Origin: Fistulifera solaris
Taxonomy: Eukaryota
DNA length: 64,000 nucleotides
Assembly (NCBI GenBank): GCA_030295235.1
Contig: AP026127.1
Location: forward strand, 1,364,001-1,428,000
Direction: 5' to 3'
Of the stretch, positions 36,352-47,590 are shown one piece after another. The notes beneath the pieces were generated by a model, which was given only the letters and a program-made list of their open reading frames with translations, was not told the DNA's origin and did no database searches. A program made the translations under genes and the position numbers. The stretch's first letter is position 1. Every line of letters begins with the position of its first letter.

Positions 36352-37797
36352 ATGTCCTTTTTAGCCTCGCGTGTTGCTGCAGCCTCAGTTCGTGCATTGG
36401 GAAGCACCTTGATTGTCGGATGTTGGCTGCAACATGAGAAAGATCGTCATGCACGGTGTGAGACAATTTCTCAGTCTCCTGCTTCTTCCTTGGAGCATAC
36501 TATGCAAACGATCGCTGGTAATCCAACGTATGAAGCACCAAACGGAAAGAAAACGGATAATCTCTTTTACAATGATGGCGATTCCTTTCCGAACCTATCG
36601 CGGCACGGGTCAAACTCGTTGCTGAAAAAGTATCTGACGCCGGACGTTTACGAGCAACTCAAAGATAAACAAACATCCGCTGGAGTCAAATTGGAAGATC
36701 TCATTCAAGGGGGAATCGCTCTGCCTTGGGGGGCTCGTCCGCCGCGGGGAATCGCTGGTGTTTACGCCGGAGATGCTGGTACGTGCCTTCTTTTCTTGAT
36801 TTATACATACGGCATCGTTGTCTCACATTCTTTTCGCAAATCACAAAACAAAACAATCTACTTCTTTGAATGAAAAGAATCGTACACAACATTTTCTGTG
36901 TTACTCTCGCCTCTGATTGAAGCTCATCACAAAGCGCTGCATCGGGCACGATTGCGAAGACATCGCACGAACTTGGATGTACAAGGGCTTTCACAGCGTC
37001 GCTTGGATGGAGCGTACATTTTGTATACGCGCATGCGGTTAGCGAGATCATTGAATGGTTTTAAATTTGCTCCCTGCATTGGTCGAAGTGAGCGTCGAGC
37101 CGTGGAGCGTTTGCTGCGCGATTGCAGTCGCGATTGGCCACAGGGCTCTTACATCTCTCTCATGGAAATGTCGAACAATCAACATGAGGATTTGGTGAAG
37201 CGCCAACTGTTGTTTGCCGATCCGGATGAATTTGCAATTTCGACGGGCATGGGGCGTGATTGGCCAGATGGTCGGGGAATTTATTGCGATTCATGGGATG
37301 ATTTGCCGCACATCATGATGTGGGTGAACGCGCAAGATCATCTCTGGATTATTAGCAACGCCAAAGGTGGAGACGTTCAGGGTGTCTTTACAAGACTGTC
37401 GATGGCAGTAAGGAGTCTCGAAAAGAGCTTGAACGATCGAGGACAAAGTTTCGTTGAAGACCCGAACTTGGGTTTCCTTAATGCGTCTCCCGTAGACATT
37501 GGTACTGCACTCCGGGCAAGTTTATACGTCAAACTGGTCCGCTTGGGCCAGAAGCCGGGGTTTGATGAGTTGGTGCGGCGTCTTCGCTTAGAAGCTCGCC
37601 CTTTAAAGTTTCAGAGCCAGACTTACACTGGGATGTTTGATATTGCAAACTTGGAAGCCCTCGGGAAAACGGAAGTAGATCTGATCAATTTAATGATTGA
37701 AGGAGTGGGCACTCTGATTGATCTGGAGAAGCGGCTAGAAAATGGTGAAGACATTGACATAGAGGCAATTGCGCAAAAGAAAGGGAGTAGAAAGTAG
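36352..37797 (+). CDS. ATP:guanido phosphotransferase (arginine/creatine kinase)-like protein, probably mitochondrial; intron 36779-36877
   Basis: 'SLLKKYLTPDVY', spliced 'GVYAGDA|ESY..F', 'TRMRLARSLNG', 'DWPDGRGIY', 'GTALRAS'; N-terminus MSFLASRVAAASVR resembles a transit peptide. Confidence 0.9.
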
Positions 37798-37889
37798 AAA
37801 GGTAATGGTATATGAAGCATACACGCAAACAGTAACTGTCTTCTTAGGTGTTTAATAGTAGAAGATGAATCCATAAAACAACTTAGATA

Positions 37890-38952
37890 CTACACTAGTA
37901 ATCGTTGTTCATGACGCGTTCGAAACATGGGAAAGACTCCAGTAGCTTTGCCGTTAGCAAGCTTGTTGCATTCATCACGAAAAAGGACTTTGTTGAGCAT
38001 TTCATTTTTCGGATAGATCTTGTACGTTTTGACGTCGTGAAAATAAGGAAGGAAAAAGTCGGAACGATGTTGCTCAACTTCCAGATTAGCTTTGTGCACC
38101 AAAAACGTATTTTCAATGCTACTGTGCAGTACTGGCTGCTTCGAGACATCAAACTCTTCTTCGTAGAATTTGACAAACTTCTTGGTGCAGTATGTCACGA
38201 CACGGTCAAAGATTGCTTTATCTCCCGAAGTCCAGAATTCCTCCATGGATTGGACTCCCTCATCTTGCAGTTTCGGCAGAAGCTTCTCTAACCAGTTCTC
38301 CCAAATGTCATCAGCAACAATTAGATCGTCATTTGCAATTTCAAAGATGAAGTCGGAAAACGGATTTGCAGCGTAGTCGACTGGACCAGGAACAATAACT
38401 TGACCACCAGTCAAAGCCGCTTCCATCAGTGCCACTTCTGTTTCCCCCTTTCCTCGTTTGCTGCGATGAACGGGTCGCAACACATAAACTCGCTTATCGC
38501 TGTCAACGGCCACCCATTCCAACGGCAAGTCAGTCAACTCAACAATGCGCGAAACTTGGGTTTTCTGGGTGGCGTCCTTGACCAACACGTGCGCAGGAGC
38601 AGGTGCTCCGGAGGGCATACAAGTTGCCACAAAGAAAGGAACGTCGGTTCCTCCAGAAACTCCCTCAACGAGGTGGAACTCCCTCACTTCGGTAGCCATG
38701 AAGGTAAATTGTTCCTGAGAGCTGCCCAAGAAGAGTCTCGACAGGACGGCCAATGTCGAATTCCCAAACGGCTTTCTCTGAATGACCGGTAATCAGAGGA
38801 AGGCTACGAGCATAGTACACTTGTCGAGAAAAGAAGGCAAACGTCGGAGGGATAGCAAGAGTAAGCTTCAGCTTTTTGGCCAGGGGCACTGTGATCTCTT
38901 CGATCCGTCGTTTCATTCGTCGGCTGCGGATAATCTTGGATGATGAGTTCAT
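37890..38952 (-). CDS. Hypothetical protein; frameshift near 38720
   Basis: 287-aa ORF 37890-38753 overlaps ORF 38665-39039; ATG at 38952 lies about 170 bp downstream of leader module copy B. Confidence 0.6.
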
Positions 38953-39122
38953 TATGATAGTAGTAGAAGCAGAAAAAGAGCTGCCTTTTCGATGCAAATG
39001 TCGTGCTTTGTGAACAGTTGATGCGCTCTCACATAACAAAAAGAGACACCAATGAAAAGTTTGGCGACGAAGAAGCCACTACTACGTACTAACGTCGGTG
39101 AACACAAAGACAAAGACTCGTT

Positions 39123-39645
39123 AGTTTAAAACATAATCTTATTATTCATTACTGTTGACTGAGTTAATGCGTCTCCGAGCAAGACAGCAACGGATTTCCT
39201 AAGTGTTCTCCGATCGTGGGAGTCAATTTAGCCGCTGGGAAGCGAACATTTAGGACGGGCTGGCGCGTCGTCTGCTTCTCATGACGGCGGAGAGGGGGGA
39301 GTTTTTGTGGGCTGCCGAAGCCGTAGAGGCGGCCGAATTGTGCTGGTAATGCACTTGGGAGAGCTATATCATTTGAAAATTTTGTGCTTATGTTTCAATA
39401 GAGCAACATGCGACATCGTTGAGGCTCCGTTGAAGCGAGCCGCGAAGCTCGAAACGCAACTGCTCATAGCATGGCCGTTTCTGCAGCAATCCGGCCGAAA
39501 ACGACAAATCACACTTAAATGTTAGACTTCTTTCGTTGGTTGATGTTTCAAAGGCAAGCAAGCAAAGATCATTGAGAATAGAAGGGGATTCCCAGCAAAG
39601 AATTGTTGACGCCGACCCGAAAATGGCGAATGTCGAATGCGGAAA
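39123..39645 (-). repeat. Dispersed leader module, copy B; weaker homology to copy C continues to about 39900
   Basis: Colinear with 47079-47590 and the inverted 17470-17975. Confidence 0.92.
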
Positions 39646-39994
39646 AAGAGCTTGTGATGCATGTTGAGAGTGGCCTTCTTTCATGCGGGTACCCGGTATG
39701 ACTGTTAAAGTACGAAGGTGTACCGGTGCGTCTTTTAGTTTTTACACTGGGAGAGACACGGGAACGCACCTCTGCTTGGTACATTTTTCTACGGGGGGCC
39801 TACGTGAGTGTACACTTTTTCCCGAACCTTCCTGAGTGAATTTTTTACCGCGATGACGTCATTTTTTCTTTGTACCTTTTCTCCATCATTCGTCATCCGA
39901 ATGAATGATGGATGCTATGAAGAGGATGCAATAATTACACGTAGAGCGCACCTGAATCATTTCGCCAGCCTGACTATTTCGCGCTGAGGGTTTT

Positions 39995-40600
39995 GGGAAG
40001 TTTAACACGGTAGCATGATGCTACCGTGTTAAACTAGCATCACGGTAACCTTAAATATTTTTTATCGAACGGAAAACTGACTTTCTAGATTTAATAAATA
40101 CACCAATAGAATCAGTAGGTCGAGATCTGTTCAAAACCGCTGTGTTTTTCATCATTTGCGTAAACCGTGTGACGTGACGGCCGGCCTAAGTTCCTCAACC
40201 CAGGCCTCGAGCGGGCTCTAACAAGAACGGCTGATTAATAAGCAAGTAAAGTCTACTTTTTTGAATATAGCAATGAGAAGACACTATCATATCATGAACT
40301 GCTAGTTAAAACCATTTGCAACTTCTTGAAAGGTACGAAAGGCTAAAATTACACCTTGATTATTACACGTGATATCACCGTGTTAAATTCTACTACGCGA
40401 TACCACCGTGTAATATTTATTTAGTAATTTAACACGGTGTACCTCGGGCGAATTTAATCAGGTTGGCCCAAAATCTTGAGACCCCCCTGGTAAAATTTTC
40501 TATCGACCATAGCTTTGTCAAAAATGGTCGGATGAAAAAAATAAAGCTAGCAAATGAAAGGTCTCACCGAGATCTATTCAGAAATGCAATAAAAACCCTC
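39995..40600. mobile_element. Probable non-autonomous DNA transposon remnant(s) with palindromic/subterminal repeats
   Basis: Perfect 18-bp inverted repeat at 39999-40035; motif ACCGTGTTAAA recurs in both orientations at about 40378 and 40428; related 'ggtc..cgagatct.ttca.aa' motifs at about 40118 and 40560. Confidence 0.5.
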
Positions 40601-40860
40601 CAGATGGAACTCTGTGATTGGCTGGAATTTTTTCGTGATTCTTCCGCGAACCAGTCAGGTGCGCTCTACAAGCTGTTTGCGCTTCGTTTATTTTGTGCAG
40701 CAAGCTTTGGGAAGGTTGACGAACAAATGCTCGTCTCATCTAACGACGACTTCAAGATTTGGTTGGGTGGGTTCATTTCCCCAACCGGTACGGTTCGTGT
40801 TCCAGGTACACCGTTTGATAAGGCCATGGCTGCACGCGACCGCATGCTGACCATTTCTTA
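40600..40860 (+). pseudogene. Cytochrome P450 internal fragment (E-F-G helix region, CYP120/CYP26-like)
   Basis: 'YKLFALRLFCAASFG...DDFKIWLGGFIS...VPGTPFDKAMAARDRML'; no I-helix, ExxR or heme motif follows. Confidence 0.5.
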
Positions 40861-41598
40861 TCAACTTTGTCATCAAATTCACCTAATTACGTGTTGCATG
40901 CAACAAATCGCGCTACTTTAGAAAGAACGGTGCACAAGGACGAAGAAGTCACTGTGACAACCACTGCTTTTCAAGCAAAACAACGGATGCAAGCCGAAAT
41001 CGAAACGATTTAAAATCCTACTCAACGACCGACCATTCCAACAAACCATAACCCTGCAACTCTTGATACTGCGGGCTTTATTGTGTATATTCATGACAAG
41101 ATCTTTTCGTTTTGCGGTTTTCCTTCTTCTTTTGTGGTAGACTTTCGACCACCAATTTTCAACTTGCATCCGCGGGCAACTTCGTTTTATGAATAATACG
41201 TTTCAATCTTTTGAAGCACGGTTTAATTTTTTGTCGGTGACGCCGCAGTCTGATACGCCGTCCTGTTGCGGTAGTTATTCCTTTGCGGTCGGCTTTGACC
41301 GGGACCTGCAACCTCGGGCACCTTTGTCGACTGGGTTTTGTTATTCGTCGGCGAAAATGCTGCTTCGAACGTCGAAGCTTGGCTTATTTTATGGTCGACC
41401 ACCCGGCAGCTTGTAACCTTTTCTTGTTGCGAAAGTTCTTCTTTTGCGGTTGGCCTTTGCAGTGACTTTCAATCACGGGTATACTTGTCAGATTGTGGGT
41501 GCGCAAATAGGTCCTTTGCGTGTCAATGCCGAGATTTGTCGTCGACGTCGAATTCCGCCTACACAATGAACCTACAGCAACTAGCGGAAAACAGAGCT

Positions 41599-41798
41599 TC
41601 GTAATGCCTTTCGCCACCGAAAATTGTAAAATGCGTTAAAGCATTGCGAATTGCATTAACAGTATGGTGAATTTCGCTGATCTAGGTAACAAAAGGAATC
41701 GTAATGCCTTTCGCCACCGAAAATTGTAAAATGCGTTAAAGCATTGCGAATTGCATTAACAGTATGGTGAATTTCGCTGATCTAGGTAACAAAAGGAA
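41599..41798. repeat. Perfect tandem duplication, 2 x 100 bp
   Basis: 41599-41698 is identical to 41699-41798. Confidence 0.95.
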
Positions 41799-42069
41799 CG
41801 GATTTACAGGGAGGATTCAATCATCGAAAAACTCTTCCTTCTTGACTAAATCGCAGTCTTGTCACAAAGACCTATACACTAAGTCTAGTTTCAAACTTTA
41901 GTTTCATTCACTTTAGTTTCATAGAAACCTGGGAAAACAACGAGCCACCACAATAAGAAGTGCAAAGAGCATTGAAACACCGCCCAATGGGTTACCTGGA
42001 ATAAGATGACAATCGAAGCTGATCGAGAAACAATGTATACTAAGGTACAAGTAAGGGAGGAGTATTGAT

Positions 42070-43235
42070 CGGCACACAGGACGTTTGATGGATGCCAAAC
42101 ACCGCTTCCAGTGCTTCTGGAACTTCAACACGATCTTTCTGTGACAGAAAATGAAAATTCCAGAATTTCTGGAATGCACGAGAGATCTCTGAAGTGACGC
42201 AGAACACCGATTCCAAGATTTTTGGAACATTGCAGCTTTTCTGGAACGCCAACAGAGTTGCTGTAGGACCAAAAATCTGATTCCAGAAAAATCTGGAACA
42301 TAGACAGGATTTCTGTGTGATCAAAAAAACATCGGGTCCAGAAATTCTGGACCATGCACAGAATTCACCTGCAACGCAAAACAACGATGCCAGCATACTG
42401 TGTCTGCAGGACACAAAGGACGTTTGATGGATGTCAAACACCGATTCGATTATTTCTGGAACGTCAACACAATCTTTCTGTGACCGAAAATAAAAATTCC
42501 AGAATTTCTGGAATGCACGAGAGATCTCTGAAGTGACGCAAAACACCGATTCCAGGATTTCCGGGACGTTCGGAAAATATCAGCGTGATTTCGAACATCG
42601 GTTGCAGCTTCCCTGGAACGCGCACAGAGTTGCGGTAGGACCAAAATACCGATTCCAGAAAATCTGGAACATAGACAGGATTTCTGTGTGACCGAAAAAC
42701 ATCGGGTCCAGAAATTCTGGACCATGCACAGAATTCACCTGCAACGCAAACCAACGATGCCAGCATACTGTGTCTGCAGGACACAAAGGACGTTTGATGG
42801 ATGTCAAACACCGATTCGATTATTTCTGGAACGTCAACACAATCTTTCTGTGACCGAAAATGAAAATCCAGAATTTCTGGAATGCACGAGAGATCTCTGA
42901 AGTGACGCAAAACACCGATTTCAGGATTTCCGGGACGTTCGGAAAATATCACAGGATTTCTGTGTGACCGAAAAACATCGGGTCCAGAAATTCTGGACCA
43001 TTGCACAGAATCTATTTGCAACGCAAAACAACGATACCAGATTATCTGCAGGACAAAATGGACGTTTGATGGATGCACAACCACCGCCCTTCCAGATTTT
43101 CCGGGAACCTGAAAATACACCTGGTCCACATTTTCTGGACACGTCAAAACACCGCTCTCCCAGATTTTCCGGGAACGTGAAAGTACACTGTATCCACATT
43201 TTCTGGCTACGTGAAATCACCGCACTCCCGGATTT
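42070..43235. repeat. Hierarchical minisatellite: about 53-bp subunits with palindromic core, in a 370-bp higher-order repeat; 35-bp units at the right end
   Basis: atcgggtccagaaattctggacc at 42331, 42701 and 42977; core aaacaccgaTTCCAGAATTTCTGGAAc recurs in degenerate form about every 53 bp. Confidence 0.92.
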
Positions 43236-45239
43236 ATCGATTAGTTTTGGGCCGCGACGGCGGAGCCGTATTTTTTTTGAGATGGGGCGGAAAGTCCGTA
43301 AAGTTTACTTCATCCATCTTCGTGCAACATGTTTTCGTCCATTTTCTGGATCGGAATTAAACGCGAATGCGGAGCGGTGGACTGTAAGCGCTGCAGCCAA
43401 CAAGGTTTTGCGGGTGGTGCAGTTATAATTGACCCTGATGTTGTTGCTGGGGCGCTTCTTCGCGCCCTTTTATGCGGACCATGGCATTTTCTTGTATGGA
43501 ATTGAATCGTATTTCTGCACCATGCAATAACATCTTACTCATTGCTCACTGCATAGCGCATGCCGAAGAATTGGAAAGCAAAAACTATCGCCGCGCGTCG
43601 AGTGGAAAATAGGATCGTTTCATTACGAAATTGTTTCACCCGCCCTGGCCAAAATTTATTGAGATGTGGCAAATATTACAACGTCTTTTCCACTCAACCA
43701 GCCTTACGAAGAGCGGGCTTTTGTCGTGAACACTATGATCGAATCACAACACAATTTACCTTCTTGAATGAAACGAAAGAAAGTCACCAACTTACGTTAG
43801 GTATCTACCCAATATCAAGATTGCATCTTTGAAGATATTTGACGGCTATTCAAAAGTGGGCCAAGGCCTTCAACTGCTCGTTTTGGCGGAGAGCACGACG
43901 CGATGCGACTATTTCAACAACATAAGCCGATACTGTGTCGGAACACTGTCTGGGTGAAGGCATGACGGAATTCGCTGCAGTACCGGGGATTCAGTCCTCG
44001 TTTATTAGTCCTTCGTTATTAACTGGACAAAAGCCTTCGCGCTCGTGTTGCGTTGCAAATCGTGTCACTTCCGTGGTTCTGGTATTTCACATTATTGGAA
44101 CTCACGGCACCGTAGCGGTGATGACTGCGTTCAAAATAACACCAGATACGGGAAATGGCAGCCCCTTAACAATCATGTTCGCGCAGCCTTGTGACTGATT
44201 ATTTTATGTAAGGTTACACAACAATGGAACCGAAGAGTGTCGATACAAAGAACAGAGGCGCGAAGAAGTCGCGATGATGTGGTATTTTCATAAAGGATGT
44301 ACGTGTAATGGAGAAGTCGTCGGCAAACACAATAGTGAAGGCGTTTGTGTGAATGAATTCGGAGACCAAATTTCTGTTTGAAGCATGAAGCTGCATGCAC
44401 AAGTTTCGCAAGCCAGGGCCAGTATAGCACCTCAAACGCAGCGAGCAGCAAGCAGCAAGCAACCTCGTCGTCATCGCCGGGAACGGAAGAAACGGCGAAA
44501 CAAGAATGGCGGGGCAAAAGAATAGGAATTTCGATGAAAGCTTTCGCGGAGGCATCTGGGCTCAATACAACGACCAGCCACAGCAACAGCACAAATGCTC
44601 ATGAAAGAGTACTGAACCGGGTATATCGACACCATTAAGTGAGCACAAGCTATCTACTGAACGAACAAGTGCTGCTGAGTCGAGAACTAGCTGACAAGAG
44701 TGAAGACATTCGGCAGTTGTCGTCAAGAAAGCGACGAAAAACTGTGCAGTATGCTTGTTTTGCATTAAAAGCTGTAGAAAGGGTCTGCATAGGGAAAAGT
44801 GCGGACCCTTTTTACACAAAGCAAACGAAAGCGATAGAAAAAAATCCAACTCGTTTTGCTGGCGGGTGACTGGCCGGTGCAAGCCGACGTACTCAGATTG
44901 GACTGACTTTCTGTTTTTTCGTGAGCTAGGGTGCAGCAAGATTTGCTGTCTCGAGATACTTGTAGTCGAAATACGGATCGCGAGGTACGGCTCATTGCTT
45001 TTGGGGCTACTGTCAGCGCTCCTAAACGAATGGATTACTGTGGATGACGTGAATTGTTATTTCATTTTTTCAGAATAGATCGAGTCACTTTGATTGCGAA
45101 CTACTTCAACTAGAAATATTAAGAATTAGATATGTCAAAATCGTTGTCTAATTAAAGAATGCCATGCTATCAATCTTGCATGTCTACTTCTTTTTGGTCG
45201 TCGGCAAACAAGACTTTTTCTTATATGAGCCACCTTTCT

Positions 45240-46920
45240 TCAAACCTTTTGGTTTCTTCTTTTCGCAGCAAGCCCACAAGATTTATCCGGAGAAGCTTTA
45301 TCTCCCTTCGACCCAGGTGACACATTCTCATTCTCTTCATCGTGTATCAAACTAGCGGCTACGTCAGCTTCAGACATGCGTCCCAGAATGCCATCATCAT
45401 AACGAACTGTGTAACCCCAGGTTCTCGTGCCGTCATCCGCTCTGAACTGATCAAATGACTGAACAGTTCCACTACAAACTACAGCGTCTCCGACCTCAAA
45501 ACCACTGCTGAAATACTTTGCAACCTTTGTACCAGTGGCAAATTTCTGGGCTGGCTCCGACGGAAAACCATCATCCTTCATACACTTCGTCGTGCCATCA
45601 TTGTACTCGACCACTTTATTCCAAGTGATTGTACGCTTGACAGCAAGGGAATTGCTAACTGTTCGTGCTTTCTTAGAAACGCTTTTAGCAGCGGTTCCGG
45701 TCGCTTTTCGTCTGGATGGCCCACTGTTCAACGATTGTGATAATTGGCGACTTTGGCTTCTAGTCGTCGGTGCAGTGATCTCCACAGCACCGCCTCTCGA
45801 TTCGACGTCCTTAGCAAAGGGCGGTGGATGTATCGTGGCAGTTTGTTGTCGTGTTTTCTGATGGAAAAGGTTTTCATTTGAGGCTACTCCAGTTGCCACA
45901 ATGCGAGCCGAAGGTGCCGCTTTCCGCTTAATCGAAGAGATCGGCTGGTGATCTTGTCCATTTGTGTTCACGGACGAAGGCATGCGTGGCTGTAAAGGTT
46001 GTTCGAATTCTGCGTTGCTATCGTCCTTGAGATTGTTCCCCTCCAAGCCCGCGAATCGAGGAGTTGCAGAGGAAGCAATATTCAATGCGGACGACGACAA
46101 GGATGCGTCAAGATTATCTGCGAGTTCATCGTCGGAATCATCGGAAGAGCACAATTGGGCGAGACCGTCGCGAGACGCGATGCGATTGAAGTTTTGTTGC
46201 GAAGAAAGAAGCGCTTTCTTACATGGCGACGATGACGATGGTGCGTCGGAAAAAGCCTCATCATCCTTTCGTGCTTCCGGAGACGATACGCAGGCCGGGC
46301 TAGGTAGAGAAAGATCTAGCTGCTCGTTTTCCATGCGAGCGACCGGATTTGCAGGCCTGCGCAATTTTAGGAGAAGTAAGTCACACAACATGAAGAGCGA
46401 CATTACATTTGCTCACTTACATTCCAAAGTATCCTTCTATCTTGGCGCGTCCAAGCGCGTCGCTTTTCATTGCTTGTCCATCAGTATCCGGAAGTACGTT
46501 GGTAGAGCGCTGCGCCCGACGTTTTGCGCTATATTTCACTTGGTAAACAAACTTCTCTATGGTCCACAAAGGAATATCCGAATTTTTGTGGATTTCGAGC
46601 TGTAAGTGCTCAATGAGAGCACTCGCTTTCATCGGAAGTTGCACATTAGAACAGTCTTTGCACCTGAAAAGTCTATGGTGGAGTCGGAAGAGGGCCCCCG
46701 GCTTTTGCCCAAAATCAAAATCCGTGCCTTGCGCGCAATCATCAGAGTGTTTCGAACTGATGTGGTTTTGCGTCGCCTCGGAGTAACTGAAATACAAAGA
46801 AGGATTCTCGTTTGGACAAATTGTGCAGCGTCCCGACTTTGCTTTTTCATCCCATTGAAAAACTTGAGCCCAATGGCGATAGAGACCGTCCGTATTCAAA
46901 TTGTTGCTCTCGGAACTCAT
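45240..46920 (-). CDS. C2H2 zinc-finger + Tudor-like protein; exons 46920-46421 and 46356-45240
   Basis: CTIC..HISSKH and CKDC..HLQLEIH fingers; same intron position after 'EGYFG' as the 18135 gene; exon 2 is paralogous up to 'IVATG.A.NE', then Tudor-like 'FATGTKVAKYF...YTVRYDDG'. Confidence 0.85.
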
Positions 46921-47078
46921 GATATTGAATGACGACTTATTCTTTGATCCGAAAGACTGATTGCGAGCACTTTTTGATTGACATGCAACAAGAGGAACAC
47001 CAGCGATCCTCTTTCTCGCTGACAACTCGTCTGCAGTCGAACATGGTTTTTCTTGGATACAATAACTGAGACACAATC

Positions 47079-47590
47079 AGTTTAAAACATGATCATGATA
47101 TTCGTTACTGTTTACTGAGTCAAGACGTCTCCTAGCAAAAGAACAACGGATTTCTTAAGTGTTTTGCAGTCGTGGGAGTTGATTTAGCCGCTGGGAAGCG
47201 AACATTTAGGACGGGCTCGCGCGTCGTCTGCTTCTCATGACGGCGGAGAGGGGGGAGTTTTTGTGCGCTGCCGGAGCCGTAGAGGCGGCCGACATGTGCT
47301 GGGAATGAGCTTAGAAGATATATATTAAATGGAACTCTTGTGTTTATGTTTCAATAGAGCCACATGCGACATCGTTGAAGCGAGCCGCGAAGCTCGAAAC
47401 GCAACTGCTCATAGCGTAGCCGCTTCCGAAGCAATCCGGCCGAGAACGACACATCACACTTAAATGTGAGGCTACTTTTGTTGGCTGACGTTTCAAAGTC
47501 AAGCAAGCAAAGATCATCAAGAATAAAAGGTGATTCCCAGCAAGGAATTGTTGACGCCGACCCGAAAATGGCGATGTCGAATGCAAAACA
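47079..47590 (-). repeat. Dispersed leader module, copy C
   Basis: Colinear with copies A and B. Confidence 0.92.

Noticed and set aside
42070..43235. CRISPR array
   Set aside because: Repeats are degenerate, the 'spacers' are related to each other and recur every 370 bp, no cas genes are present, and the context is eukaryotic
40455..43255. TIR pair (ggcccaaaa / ttttgggcc) enclosing the P450 fragment and minisatellite
   Set aside because: Only about 9 bp match and no TSD
41919..43428. ORFs inside the minisatellite as protein genes
   Set aside because: They are open on both strands in several frames; the unit lengths 53 and 370 are not multiples of 3
43560..45080. Gene or transposase in fragmented + strand ORFs
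   Set aside because: Looks like decayed coding sequence, but I recognise no motif
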